Source: Burkholderiaceae bacterium (lineage in GTDB: Bacteria > Pseudomonadota > Gammaproteobacteria > Burkholderiales > Burkholderiaceae_C). From it: a DNA stretch of 64,000 nt. The notes below the pieces were generated by a model. It was not told the DNA's origin. It saw only the letters and a program-made list of their open reading frames with translations, and made no database searches. Numbering within the stretch: position 1 is the stretch's first letter; each line of letters starts with the position of its first letter. Position numbers and translations under genes: made by a program. Positions 38,923 to 47,707 of the stretch are shown here, piece by piece. The stretch lies in assembly GCA_004299095.1 (NCBI GenBank), contig SCQQ01000014.1, forward strand, positions 14,530 to 78,529, written 5' to 3'.

Positions 38923-39957
38923 ATGAACCCCTATCCTGATTTCTCGGCCGCGATTGGCCACACCCCCCTCATTCGCCTGCGCACCGCCAGCGACGCCACC
39001 GGTTGCGAGATCCTCGGAAAGGCGGAATTCCTGAACCCGGGCGGCTCCATCAAGGACCGCACGGCCCTCGGCCTGCTGGACGATGCCGAAAAGCGCGGCT
39101 TGGTGCATGCCGGCACCACGCTGGTCGAAGGCACTGCCGGCAACACCGGGATCGGCCTGGCGCTGGTCGGCACCAGCCGCGGCTATCGCACCATCATCGT
39201 CATGCCGGAGACGCAAAGCGCCGAAAAAATCGATGCGCTGCGCCTGACCGGCGCCGGCGTGCGTTTGGTGCCCGCGGCCAAATACGCCGACCCGGCCAAT
39301 TACGTGCACCAAGCCGCGCGGCTGTGCGACGAGATGAATGCGACTGCGCCAGGCAGCGCCTGGTTTGCCAACCAGTTCGAAAACCTGGCGAACCGGGCGA
39401 TCCACGAGCAGACCACGGGGCCGGAAATCTTCGACCAACTGGATGGCGCGCTCGACGGCTTCGTCTGCGCCGCCGGCACGGGCGGCAGCCTGGCCGGCAT
39501 CGCGCGCGCGCTCAAGGCGCGCAAACCTTCCATTCGCGTGGCGCTGGCCGATCCGGCAGGCTCGGCGCTGGCCCACTTCATCAACACCGGCGAGCTCAAG
39601 GCCGAAGGCAATTCGATCACCGAAGGCATCGGCACCAGCCGCATCACCGAAAACTTCAAGGATGCGCCAATCGACTTGGCGTGGTCCATTGCCGACACCG
39701 AATCGGTTCCCTTGCTGCACGACCTGCTGATTCACGAGGGCCTGTGCCTGGGCGGTTCCACTGGTGTCAACATCGCCGGCGCCATCCGCCTGGCACGGGC
39801 ACTGGGGCCGGGGCACACCATCGTCACGCTGCTGTGCGACGCGGGCATGCGCTACCAGGCCAAGCTCTACAACCCGGAGTTCCTGCGCAGCAAGCAAATC
39901 CCGGTGCCGGCGTGGCTCGATCGCGCTTTCCCGGCGAACGGTGGTAAGCCTGCCTGA
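38923..39957 (+). CDS. PLP-dependent cysteine synthase / cystathionine beta-synthase family protein
   Basis: HTPLIRL...KAEFLNPGGSIKDRTAL (PLP lysine)...GTAGNTGIGLA...GTGGSLAG. Confidence 0.85.
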   Translation: MNPYPDFSAAIGHTPLIRLRTASDATGCEILGKAEFLNPGGSIKDRTALGLLDDAEKRGLVHAGTTLVEGTAGNTGIGLALVGTSRGYRTIIVMPETQSAEKIDALRLTGAGVRLVPAAKYADPANYVHQAARLCDEMNATAPGSAWFANQFENLANRAIHEQTTGPEIFDQLDGALDGFVCAAGTGGSLAGIARALKARKPSIRVALADPAGSALAHFINTGELKAEGNSITEGIGTSRITENFKDAPIDLAWSIADTESVPLLHDLLIHEGLCLGGSTGVNIAGAIRLARALGPGHTIVTLLCDAGMRYQAKLYNPEFLRSKQIPVPAWLDRAFPANGGKPA

Positions 39958-40042
39958 ACTCGCGCACAGTGCACACTTTTCAACTCGAACTCCGGCTACG
40001 CCACCAGCGCGCTACACGGCGCGACAGCACCACGCGCTGCGC

Positions 40043-40840
40043 TCAGGGCTTTTGAGGCAACGCGCTGAGCTGCTGATCGACGACGTCGCCATCGGGCTGC
40101 GCCACGCGCAAGCGCACCGGCAAGTAATCAAGTTGCCGTCCCAGCCAGAGATCAATGTGCGAGTCATCGGCTTCCTGCGGCATGCGCTGCAATTGCACGC
40201 ACGGGATTTGCTGGCCGGCAACTGTCAACGCCTCGTCCCCGACCACGCGCCAGTGCCAGGGGTCCACGTGACGCACGCCAGCCGTCTGAACGATGATCAC
40301 GCTGCCCGTGGGATAGCGGTTGGGCGCGGCCTGTAACAGGGCGCCGAGCTGCAGCGATACGGTCAAGCGGTCTTGCGTGCCCGGCTCCAGCGCGCCGTCG
40401 GGCGTGCCATCGGAAAACCGGATCTTGTGCGCGGCATAGTCGAAATGCGCCGTTTTCTCGCTTTTGACTTGCTCGGTGTACACCTCGGGCGCCAGGCCCT
40501 CCGGCGTCACCCGGCCTTCGCTGCGCTGGCGCCGTTCCCCCAGGATCGGGACTTTCACGTTCCATTGGCCGTGATAGCGGCCGTCCTGCCGCTGCCAAAT
40601 GAATTGCGCCGTGGTCGTGATCGGCAGGCCGAAGGCGCGCGCCTTGACCTCGTAGTCGAGCGTCATCGAGCCCGGAATGTGCAGGGTCTCGCCTGCCGCG
40701 GTGGTCGCGGGCGATGCGGGCGCGGCCGATGGTGCGCTCCATGCTGGCGCTGCCGCCAATACCGCACCCATCAACAACACTGCCAGCCGGGCCGTAAACC
40801 CCAGCCGCCGCCGGTCGCGGAAGGAGTCAAGTGTGCCCAC
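40043..40840 (-). CDS. DUF3108 domain protein (secreted)
   Basis: GTG start. Signal peptide ...RLAVLLMGAVLAAAPAWSA. DUF3108-like body (LDYEVKARAFGLPI...GRYHGQWNVKV...LWLGRQLDYLPVRLR). Overlaps the BLUF gene stop by 14 nt. Confidence 0.7.
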   Translation of the reverse strand: MGTLDSFRDRRRLGFTARLAVLLMGAVLAAAPAWSAPSAAPASPATTAAGETLHIPGSMTLDYEVKARAFGLPITTTAQFIWQRQDGRYHGQWNVKVPILGERRQRSEGRVTPEGLAPEVYTEQVKSEKTAHFDYAAHKIRFSDGTPDGALEPGTQDRLTVSLQLGALLQAAPNRYPTGSVIIVQTAGVRHVDPWHWRVVGDEALTVAGQQIPCVQLQRMPQEADDSHIDLWLGRQLDYLPVRLRVAQPDGDVVDQQLSALPQKP

Positions 40841-41249
40841 AAATCGCCGCCGTGGCGGTCAAGTCTTCGATGAACGCGAGCGACGTGCGCCCGGACACGG
40901 CGTATGGGTTCAGTCCCTGCCCATCGGAATAACGCAACAGCGTACCGGGATTGACGCGCTCGACGTCGACCAGCCCCATGGCCCAGCCGCACAGGCTTCG
41001 TTGCACGATTTCCTCGAACAGCAGCAGTTCGACGTCCTTGTGGCGCCGGTCGCGCTGGATCGCGCCGAACAGATCGTTGACCGCGCGCCGCCCGCCTTCC
41101 AGCGCTTGCAGGAAAACGCCGCCCTGGTAGATCAGCACGCCCGTGATGCCGTGGTCCAGGTTGTGCTCGCGTGCAACCTTGAGAATACCTTCGAGCGCCG
41201 ACGGCGAGGTATCGACCGCTCGGCTGGCGTAAAGGAGGCGTACCAACAT
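40827..41249 (-). CDS. Short BLUF-domain blue-light photoreceptor (FAD-binding)
   Basis: MLVRLLYASRA...GITGVLIYQGGVFLQALEG...IQRDRRH...CGWAMG. Tyr7, Gln48, Trp89 and Met91 align with the photoactive Y/Q/W/M set of short BLUF proteins. Confidence 0.85.
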   Translation of the reverse strand: MLVRLLYASRAVDTSPSALEGILKVAREHNLDHGITGVLIYQGGVFLQALEGGRRAVNDLFGAIQRDRRHKDVELLLFEEIVQRSLCGWAMGLVDVERVNPGTLLRYSDGQGLNPYAVSGRTSLAFIEDLTATAAICGHT

Positions 41250-41250
41250 A

Positions 41251-41979
41251 TCAACTCTCCCGAGGGATCAGGGATAAAAACTCGCGCCGCAGATTGACGT
41301 CTTTCAGGAAAACGCCGCGCATGACCGAATTGATCATTTTGCTGTCCTTGTCCTTGACGCCGCGCCACGACATGCAGAAATGCGTCGATTTGATAATCAG
41401 CGCCAAACCATCCGGCTGCGTTTTCCGTTGAATCAGATCCGCCAATTGGACAATGGCCTCTTCCTGGATTTGCGGCCGCCCGAGGATCCAGCGTGCCAGC
41501 CGTTCGTATTTGGACAGGCCGATGACGTTGGTGTGTTCGTTCGGCATCACGCCGACCCACAACTGGCCGACGATTGGGCAGAAATGGTGGCTGCAAGCCG
41601 ACCGCACCGTGATCGGCCCCACGATCATCAGTTCGTTCAAGTGTTCCGCATTGGGGAAGCGTGTGATCTCGGGCTGCTCGACGTAACGCCCAGCAAACAC
41701 TTCCCGGAGGTACATCTTGGCAATGCGGTGTGCCGTTTTCTCGGTATTGTGGTCGTGTTTGGTGTCGATCACCAGGCTATCCAGCACGCCCTGCATTTTC
41801 TGGGTGACTTCGTCCACGAGCAAATCCAGTTCGCCCGGCTCGATGAACTCTGAGATATTGTCGTTGGCGTTGAAACGCTTGCCCACGGCCTGGATGCGTT
41901 CGCGGATTTTCACGGAAACCGGCAACGCTGCCGTATTCGCCACGATAGGCGGTGCCAGATCAGATTTCATGTTCGTCAT
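41251..41979 (-). CDS. folE: GTP cyclohydrolase I (FolE, type 1)
   Basis: HDHNTEKTAHRIAKMYLREVFAGRY...VRSACSHHFCPIVG...MSWRGV is the classic FolE zinc/active-site region. The stop is 1 nt from the BLUF start. Confidence 0.9.
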   Translation of the reverse strand: MTNMKSDLAPPIVANTAALPVSVKIRERIQAVGKRFNANDNISEFIEPGELDLLVDEVTQKMQGVLDSLVIDTKHDHNTEKTAHRIAKMYLREVFAGRYVEQPEITRFPNAEHLNELMIVGPITVRSACSHHFCPIVGQLWVGVMPNEHTNVIGLSKYERLARWILGRPQIQEEAIVQLADLIQRKTQPDGLALIIKSTHFCMSWRGVKDKDSKMINSVMRGVFLKDVNLRREFLSLIPRES

Positions 41980-41998
41980 AGCCCTTTGATCGTATCCA

Positions 41999-42808
41999 TT
42001 ACATCAGGCGCGCGCTGGTCGCCCGCGCTGCGCGCGCGGGTGCGGCATAGGTCGGCAGCCCGAAATCAGCCACCAGCGGCAAGTGGTCCGACATCCGTTT
42101 CCAGGCGCGCCCCTGCGGTGCCATCCGGCCGAGCGGTTCGAGCCCGCGCGCGTAAATGTGGTCGAGTTGCGCCACGGGAAAGCGCGCCGGGTAGGTGCGC
42201 ACGCGTGGCCCCTCCAGCGAACGCAGGGAACCGCCACGCAGCAGGCGCTGAATGCGGGTACCCCAATCGTTGAAATCGCCCGCCACCAAGAGCGGCGCGC
42301 CGGCAGGAACACGGCGCTCGATGTAGTGGCGCAAATGAATGGCCTGGCGCACGCGGCTCGCCGGAATCAAGCCAAAGTGCACCACGATCACGTGCACCGG
42401 CGTACCTTGAACCAGCGCCTCGACGTGCAACAGCCCGCGCTGCTCGAAGCGGTGGTCCGACATGTCTTCGTGCCAGTAATCGACCACCGGCCAGCGCGTA
42501 AGCAGCGCATTGCCGTGCTCGCCGTAGCGCGTGACGGCATTGGTCCAATAGACCACCTGGTAGCCCTCGGGCGCCAGCACCCGGGCCTGCGACTCTTCGG
42601 GCCACTCGGCAAAGTACGCAGCCTCGCGCCGATTCGCGGCGCGCACTTCCTGCAGGCAAATGAAGTCCGCGTCCAACTCGTCGATGGCTTCGGCCAGGTT
42701 GAAGATTTCCAGGCGACGCCCGCGGCCCAGGCCTTGCACGCCCTTGTGGATGTTGTAGGTGGTCACGCGCAACGCCTGCGCCGGCTGTGCATCCGCCAAA
42801 AAACTCAT
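41999..42808 (-). CDS. Endonuclease/exonuclease/phosphatase (EEP) family protein
   Basis: LRVTTYNIHKG...DADFICLQEV...GDFNDW...SDHLPLVADF. ATG 42808 chosen; GTG 42814 would overlap nudB by 4 nt. Confidence 0.85.
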   Translation of the reverse strand: MSFLADAQPAQALRVTTYNIHKGVQGLGRGRRLEIFNLAEAIDELDADFICLQEVRAANRREAAYFAEWPEESQARVLAPEGYQVVYWTNAVTRYGEHGNALLTRWPVVDYWHEDMSDHRFEQRGLLHVEALVQGTPVHVIVVHFGLIPASRVRQAIHLRHYIERRVPAGAPLLVAGDFNDWGTRIQRLLRGGSLRSLEGPRVRTYPARFPVAQLDHIYARGLEPLGRMAPQGRAWKRMSDHLPLVADFGLPTYAAPARAARATSARLM

Positions 42809-42810
42809 GT

Positions 42811-43272
42811 TCACGATTCAGTGGCTCCCTGCTCTGGCAGCAGCAAACACGCCTTGGCGTTGGTCGTCGAGAAACAGCGATCCGCTGCAGCACGCCATGG
42901 CAACCATATCAATTGTGTATGTTCCGGCGGATTTAAATGGATGGGCGTGCGGTCCGGAACACGCAATCCAAAAACATGCTCAGTGTTGTGCGTGACCGCC
43001 GGCGCGTAGCGCCACTTCCAGCGCGGATCGAGCGGATACACGTTCTGGCGGTGCCAGTCAGCCAACCGGCAGCCCGCGGCGCGCCCGTCGATGCCGGTCT
43101 CCTCGCGCACCTCGCGCAGCGCCGTCTGCATCAGCGGCTCATCCAGCGACTGGCGGCTGCCCGTGACCGATTGCCAGCAATCGGCCACAGTATCGGCGCG
43201 GCGCATCAGCAGCACCCGGAGATCGGCCGTGTGGATCACGACCAGTACCGATTCCGGAATTTTGTAGGCCAC
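42811..43272 (-). CDS. nudB: NUDIX hydrolase, dihydroneopterin triphosphate diphosphatase NudB-like
   Basis: GTG start (VAYKIPESVLVVIH...). Nudix box GSRQSLDEPLMQTALREVREETGI. Context with folE and aspS. The ORF-track start at 43521 would overlap the upstream gene. Confidence 0.8.
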   Translation of the reverse strand: MAYKIPESVLVVIHTADLRVLLMRRADTVADCWQSVTGSRQSLDEPLMQTALREVREETGIDGRAAGCRLADWHRQNVYPLDPRWKWRYAPAVTHNTEHVFGLRVPDRTPIHLNPPEHTQLIWLPWRAAADRCFSTTNAKACLLLPEQGATES

Positions 43273-43276
43273 GGTC

Positions 43277-43630
43277 TTACGGTTGCCTGGGTTTGCGTGC
43301 GACCAGCAGGCGCCAGACGGTACGCACCACCGGCCGCACGTGCTGCGCAAACTGCCAGATGGCGACGGTGCGAACACCCAGTCCCACAGCCTGTCGCGGC
43401 CGCAGCACGGCAGCGCCCAGCAGGGCCGCGACCGCCAGCAGGATCGCCGGTCGGTGCGCACTGAGCACTTCCGCGCCCGCACGGGCCCGATCGGCCAGAC
43501 GCAGCACCGGCTGGAATACACCGCTGTCGGCCCCGAGCCGCGCCCGCAGTTCCGCGGAACGCAGCACCAACGCCTCGCGGCGTGCGGCCAGCGCGCGCCG
43601 ATCGAGCAGGGTGCCGGATGGGGTGGTCAT
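43277..43630 (-). CDS. YqjK-like family protein
   Basis: Small Arg/Ala-rich protein with one hydrophobic span. Sits in the position and order of E. coli yqjD-yqjE-yqjK. ATGA overlap with the upstream gene. Confidence 0.55.
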   Translation of the reverse strand: MTTPSGTLLDRRALAARREALVLRSAELRARLGADSGVFQPVLRLADRARAGAEVLSAHRPAILLAVAALLGAAVLRPRQAVGLGVRTVAIWQFAQHVRPVVRTVWRLLVARKPRQP

Positions 43631-44001
43631 GGCCGCAACCGTTCGCTATCGCGCCGCAACTCATCGATGCTGGTGCGAAACAGCCGCAGGCCGCGCCGCA
43701 CCCGACGCATGGCCAGGAGCCCCAGAACCAGCCCACCGCCCAGAAAGACCAGCGTGAATGCGCCGAGCGCCAGCAGCCGCTGCGTGTCCCACAGCCAGAC
43801 GGTGATGAAGAGCGCCAGAAAAATCAGACCGAAGCTGATCAGCACGATCGCAAACGCGCCCTGCACCGCCAGCGCCGACAGTTGCGCAATGTCTTCGCGC
43901 GCCTCGACCGACAGCAGCTCCAGCCGCACCCGCACCAGTTCGAGCAGGTCGGCGCCCAACTGGCGCACGCGCGCTGCGGTCCCTTCCGCACCGGAGTCCA
44001 T
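43627..44001 (-). CDS. YqjE-like membrane protein (DUF1469 / phage-holin-like family)
   Basis: LLELVRVRLELLSVEAREDIAQL followed by two TM spans, which is the YqjE pattern. ATG 44001 (the ORF-track TTG is at 44010). Confidence 0.65.
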   Translation of the reverse strand: MDSGAEGTAARVRQLGADLLELVRVRLELLSVEAREDIAQLSALAVQGAFAIVLISFGLIFLALFITVWLWDTQRLLALGAFTLVFLGGGLVLGLLAMRRVRRGLRLFRTSIDELRRDSERLRP

Positions 44002-44034
44002 GATGGTCAAGCGTGGCAGCGCCGTTGCCCGTGC

Positions 44035-44364
44035 TCAACGGCGCCCGAGCAGTACGCCGATCAGCATCCCGATCGCCGCAGCAGCACCGATGGAAGACCA
44101 CGGGTTGTCGTGCACGTAATCGTCAGTCGCATTGGCGGCACGGCGCGCGCCATCGCGCACGGCGGAATCAACGTCGGCCAGCCGCTCGCGCGCTCGCGCC
44201 AGATTTTCGCTGGTACGCTCGCGCAGCTCGCTCAATTTACCGCTGGTCTCGCCAGCCGTGGCGCTCAACAAATCTTCGGCGTCCGAGATCACACGACGCA
44301 AATTCGCCGCCAGGTCTTCGCGGGCCTGCACGCCTGCGTCCACCACGTCAGATAGTTTTGCCAT
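44035..44364 (-). CDS. DUF883 (YqjD/ElaB-like) tail-anchored membrane protein
   Basis: MAKLSDVVDAGVQAREDL...YVHDNPWSSIGAAAAIGMLIGVLLGRR is the canonical YqjD/ElaB C terminus. Confidence 0.8.
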   Translation of the reverse strand: MAKLSDVVDAGVQAREDLAANLRRVISDAEDLLSATAGETSGKLSELRERTSENLARARERLADVDSAVRDGARRAANATDDYVHDNPWSSIGAAAAIGMLIGVLLGRR

Positions 44365-44579
44365 CGTTTTTCTCCTGTTCAAAGTGGCATGGTAGCAAAG
44401 CGAATTCTGGGCGGCACGGCGCGAATCCCATCACGGAATTCCCGCCGTGTGCCAGCCACAAGAAACGTTGCCATCGGGCCGCAACCGCGTGCATTGCACG
44501 TCCGCGCGCCATTCAGGCGCATCTTTTCGAGCGGCGGGCATCGGCAAAGTTGCCTGCCCGCGCCCACGTTGGCGCCGGT

Positions 44580-44610
44580 TGCCCGGTGCGTGCCGAGCGC
44601 ACCGGGCAAC
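44580..44610 (-). terminator. Perfect 12-bp stem / 7-nt loop hairpin, 13 nt downstream of the aspS stop
   Basis: TTGCCCGGTGCG-tgccgag-CGCACCGGGCAA read directly. No U tract follows. Candidate terminator or RNA-stability element between aspS and the yqjD-like string. Confidence 0.45.
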
Positions 44611-44623
44611 CGGCCATGCCCTC

Positions 44624-46423
44624 TCAGGCGGGTTGCGGATTGCGCAAGCGGATGTGCAGCTCGCGCAACTGCTTTTCATCCACCGGACCCGGCGCCTGGG
44701 TGAGCAAATCCTGCGCGCGCTGCGTCTTGGGGAAAGCGATCACATCGCGAATCGACTCGGCACCGGTCATGAGCGTGATCATGCGGTCCAGCCCGAAGGC
44801 GATGCCGCCATGCGGCGGCGCGCCGTATTGCAGGGCGTCCAGCAGGAAGCCGAACTTGGCCTGCGCTTCCTGCTCGCCGATCTTCAGCGCCGAGAACACC
44901 TTGCGCTGCACGTCGGCGCGGTGAATCCGGATCGAGCCACCGCCCATTTCCCAGCCGTTCAACACCACGTCGTAGGCCTTGGACAGGCAGCGGCCAGGTT
45001 CGGTAGCGAGCCAGTCCTCGTGCCCATCCTTGGGCGCCGTGAACGGGTGGTGCACGGCATCCCAGCGCTGCTCGTCCTCGTTGTATTCGAACATCGGGAA
45101 ATCGACCACCCAGAGCGGTGCCCAGCGGTCTTCGAACAGACCGGCTTTCTTGCCGAAATCGCTGCGGCCGATCTTGATGCGCAAGGCACCGATCGCGTCG
45201 TTCACGATCTTGGCGGTGTCGGCGCCGAAAAACAGCACGTCGCCGTTTTGCGCGCCGGTGCGCTCGACGATGGACTTGAGCGCCGCGTCGTGCAGGTTCT
45301 TGACGATGGGCGACTGCAGGCCCTCGCGCCCGGCGCTCACGTCGTTCACCTTGATCCACGCCAGCCCCTTGGCGCCGTAGATCTTGACGAATTCGGTGTA
45401 GCCGTCGATCTCGCTGCGGCTTAGCGCACTGCCGCCGGGGATACGCAACGCGACCACGCGCCCGCCGGGCGTGGTGGCAGGACCCTTGAACACCTTGAAA
45501 TCGACGTCGGCCATGACGTCGGTGAGATCGGTAAGCTCCAGCTTCACGCGCAAGTCGGGCTTGTCCGAGCCAAAGCGGCGCATCGCTTCGCCATACGTCA
45601 TTTCGGGGAACGCGCCCAGGTCCACGCCCAGCGCGTTCTTGAAAACAGTGGTCACCAGGGCTTCGAACAGCGCACGGATTTCGCGCTCGTTCATGAACGA
45701 GACTTCGCAGTCGATCTGCGTGAATTCGGGCTGCCGATCGGCGCGCAAATCCTCGTCGCGGAAGCATTTGGTGATCTGGTAATAGCGGTCGAAACCCGCC
45801 ACCATCAACAGCTGCTTGAAGAGCTGGGGCGACTGCGGCAAGGCAAAAAACATGCCGGCGTTCACGCGGCTAGGCACCAGATAGTCGCGTGCGCCTTCGG
45901 GCGTGCTCTTGGTGAGCATCGGCGTTTCCACGTCGATGAAGCCATGCGCATCGAGAAACTTGCGCACTTCCATGGCCACGCGATAACGCAGCATCAGGTT
46001 GTGCTGCATGTAAGGTCGGCGCAAATCGAGCACGCGATAGGTCAGGCGCGTGGTTTCGGAAATCTCGTCATCGTCCAACTGGAACGGCGGCGTGAGCGAC
46101 GGGTTCAGCACCTCCAGCTCGTGGCACAGCACTTCGATCTTGCCGCTCTTCAGGTTCTCGTTGGTCGTGCCCTCGGGCCGCGGCCGCACCAGGCCGGTCA
46201 CGCGCACGCAAAACTCGTTGCGCAACTGCTCGGCCAGCTTGAACATCTCGGGGCGATCGGGATCGCACACCACCTGTACCGTGCCTTCGCGATCGCGCAA
46301 GTCGATGAAAATCACGCCGCCGTGATCGCGCCGGCGATTCACCCAACCGCACAACTGCACGGTCTGTCCCGTCAGGGCCTCGGTCACCAGGCCGCAGTAA
46401 TGGGTACGCAGGGCTATCGTCAT
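44624..46423 (-). CDS. aspS: Aspartate--tRNA ligase
   Basis: 599 aa. [65 protein letters not shown], and the class II motifs. Confidence 0.95.
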   Translation of the reverse strand: MTIALRTHYCGLVTEALTGQTVQLCGWVNRRRDHGGVIFIDLRDREGTVQVVCDPDRPEMFKLAEQLRNEFCVRVTGLVRPRPEGTTNENLKSGKIEVLCHELEVLNPSLTPPFQLDDDEISETTRLTYRVLDLRRPYMQHNLMLRYRVAMEVRKFLDAHGFIDVETPMLTKSTPEGARDYLVPSRVNAGMFFALPQSPQLFKQLLMVAGFDRYYQITKCFRDEDLRADRQPEFTQIDCEVSFMNEREIRALFEALVTTVFKNALGVDLGAFPEMTYGEAMRRFGSDKPDLRVKLELTDLTDVMADVDFKVFKGPATTPGGRVVALRIPGGSALSRSEIDGYTEFVKIYGAKGLAWIKVNDVSAGREGLQSPIVKNLHDAALKSIVERTGAQNGDVLFFGADTAKIVNDAIGALRIKIGRSDFGKKAGLFEDRWAPLWVVDFPMFEYNEDEQRWDAVHHPFTAPKDGHEDWLATEPGRCLSKAYDVVLNGWEMGGGSIRIHRADVQRKVFSALKIGEQEAQAKFGFLLDALQYGAPPHGGIAFGLDRMITLMTGAESIRDVIAFPKTQRAQDLLTQAPGPVDEKQLRELHIRLRNPQPA

Positions 46424-46438
46424 GACTACTCTCTCGCT

Positions 46439-47182
46439 TCAAATCGATTGGGGGTGTTTCGCCGCGGCCAGCGTCGCGTCCGCCGGCTCCGCGGCCGGTG
46501 CCGGCAAGGGCGCCGCGCCGGCGTGGCGGGTACGGGCCGCGGCAATACGCTTCAGGCTGGCTTCGGGCGCCGCAACGACACCCAGGGAAATGAGGTACTT
46601 GAAGGCCTCGTCCACGCTCATGTCCAGCTCCCGCACGTCGGCGCGCCGGACCAGCAGCAGGAAACCGGACGTCGGGTTGGGCGTGGTCGGAACAAAGACG
46701 CTCACGTGATCCGCATCCAGCGCGCCGGCCACTGCGCCGCCCACCTGCCCCGTCAGGAATCCCACGGTCCAACTGCCGGGGTGCGGATACTGCACCAAGA
46801 GCGCCTTGGAGAAAGCCTGGCCCGAGCCGGTGAAGAGCGTGTCCGACACCTGCTTGACACTGGAATAAATGGTGCGCACCACCGGTATGCGCGTGACCAG
46901 CCGGTTCCACTGGCGCAACAGCCACTGGCCGACGAAATTGGTGACCAGAAGACCAGTGACAACGATCAGCACGCCGCCCAGCACCACGCCCAGCCCCGGA
47001 ATGACGCGCAGGCGCTCCAGGAGCGGCGCAAACGGCGGCGCCATCAGCTCGGCGCCGATCAAGAGGCCGCCGAAAATGCCGTCGAGCGCGCCGATCAGCC
47101 ACAGCAACACCCAAGCGGTCACCCCCACCGGCACCCAAACCAGCAGGCCGGTAACAAAGTATTGGCGCAGGCGCGACGCCAT
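46439..47182 (-). CDS. DUF502 domain membrane protein
   Basis: MASRLRQYFVTGLLVWVPVGVTAWVL...IPVVRTIYSSVKQV...GFLLLV. Confidence 0.8.
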   Translation of the reverse strand: MASRLRQYFVTGLLVWVPVGVTAWVLLWLIGALDGIFGGLLIGAELMAPPFAPLLERLRVIPGLGVVLGGVLIVVTGLLVTNFVGQWLLRQWNRLVTRIPVVRTIYSSVKQVSDTLFTGSGQAFSKALLVQYPHPGSWTVGFLTGQVGGAVAGALDADHVSVFVPTTPNPTSGFLLLVRRADVRELDMSVDEAFKYLISLGVVAAPEASLKRIAAARTRHAGAAPLPAPAAEPADATLAAAKHPQSI

Positions 47183-47203
47183 GAAGAGTTGGAGTTTGAT
47201 GGA

Positions 47204-47569
47204 TCAGGCCGGTGAGGTGACCGAGCCGGACGCGTGGGACGGCGCCGTGGCCGCCTTCTTTCCGGCCGGTTTCGCGGCCGCTGCCGCCGCAGGCTTCGGG
47301 GCGCCGCCGTTCGCCGATGCGGCGTCGCTCACCGAATGACTCGGGACGTTGGCAGCCGAATCGCCCGTGCCATGCGAACCACTGCCCTCGTTGCGGAAAT
47401 CCGTGACATACCAGCCCGAGCCTTTCAGTTCAAAGCCCGCAGCGGTCACCTGCTTGGCCAGCGCCGAGGCGCCGCACGACGGACACACGGTGGGCGCCGG
47501 ATCCGACAATTTCTGCAACTTTTCCTCCACGAAACCGCAGGAACCGCATTTGTAAACGTAAATAGGCAT
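47204..47569 (-). CDS. FmdB family zinc-ribbon protein
   Basis: MPIYVYKCGSCGFVEEKLQKLSDPAPTVCPSCG (CxxC...CxxC), followed by a low-complexity tail. Confidence 0.85.
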   Translation of the reverse strand: MPIYVYKCGSCGFVEEKLQKLSDPAPTVCPSCGASALAKQVTAAGFELKGSGWYVTDFRNEGSGSHGTGDSAANVPSHSVSDAASANGGAPKPAAAAAAKPAGKKAATAPSHASGSVTSPA

Positions 47570-47707
47570 GGCCAGACGCAAATCGACGAAAAGCTTGAAA
47601 TTATAGGAATCGCGGGCGTTCATGGCAGGACACGCACGCGCCGATCACACTGCTCACATGAGCTCACACTGGTGAATTTAAAGGCGCACGGGGCCTGGGC
47701 CGCCGTT

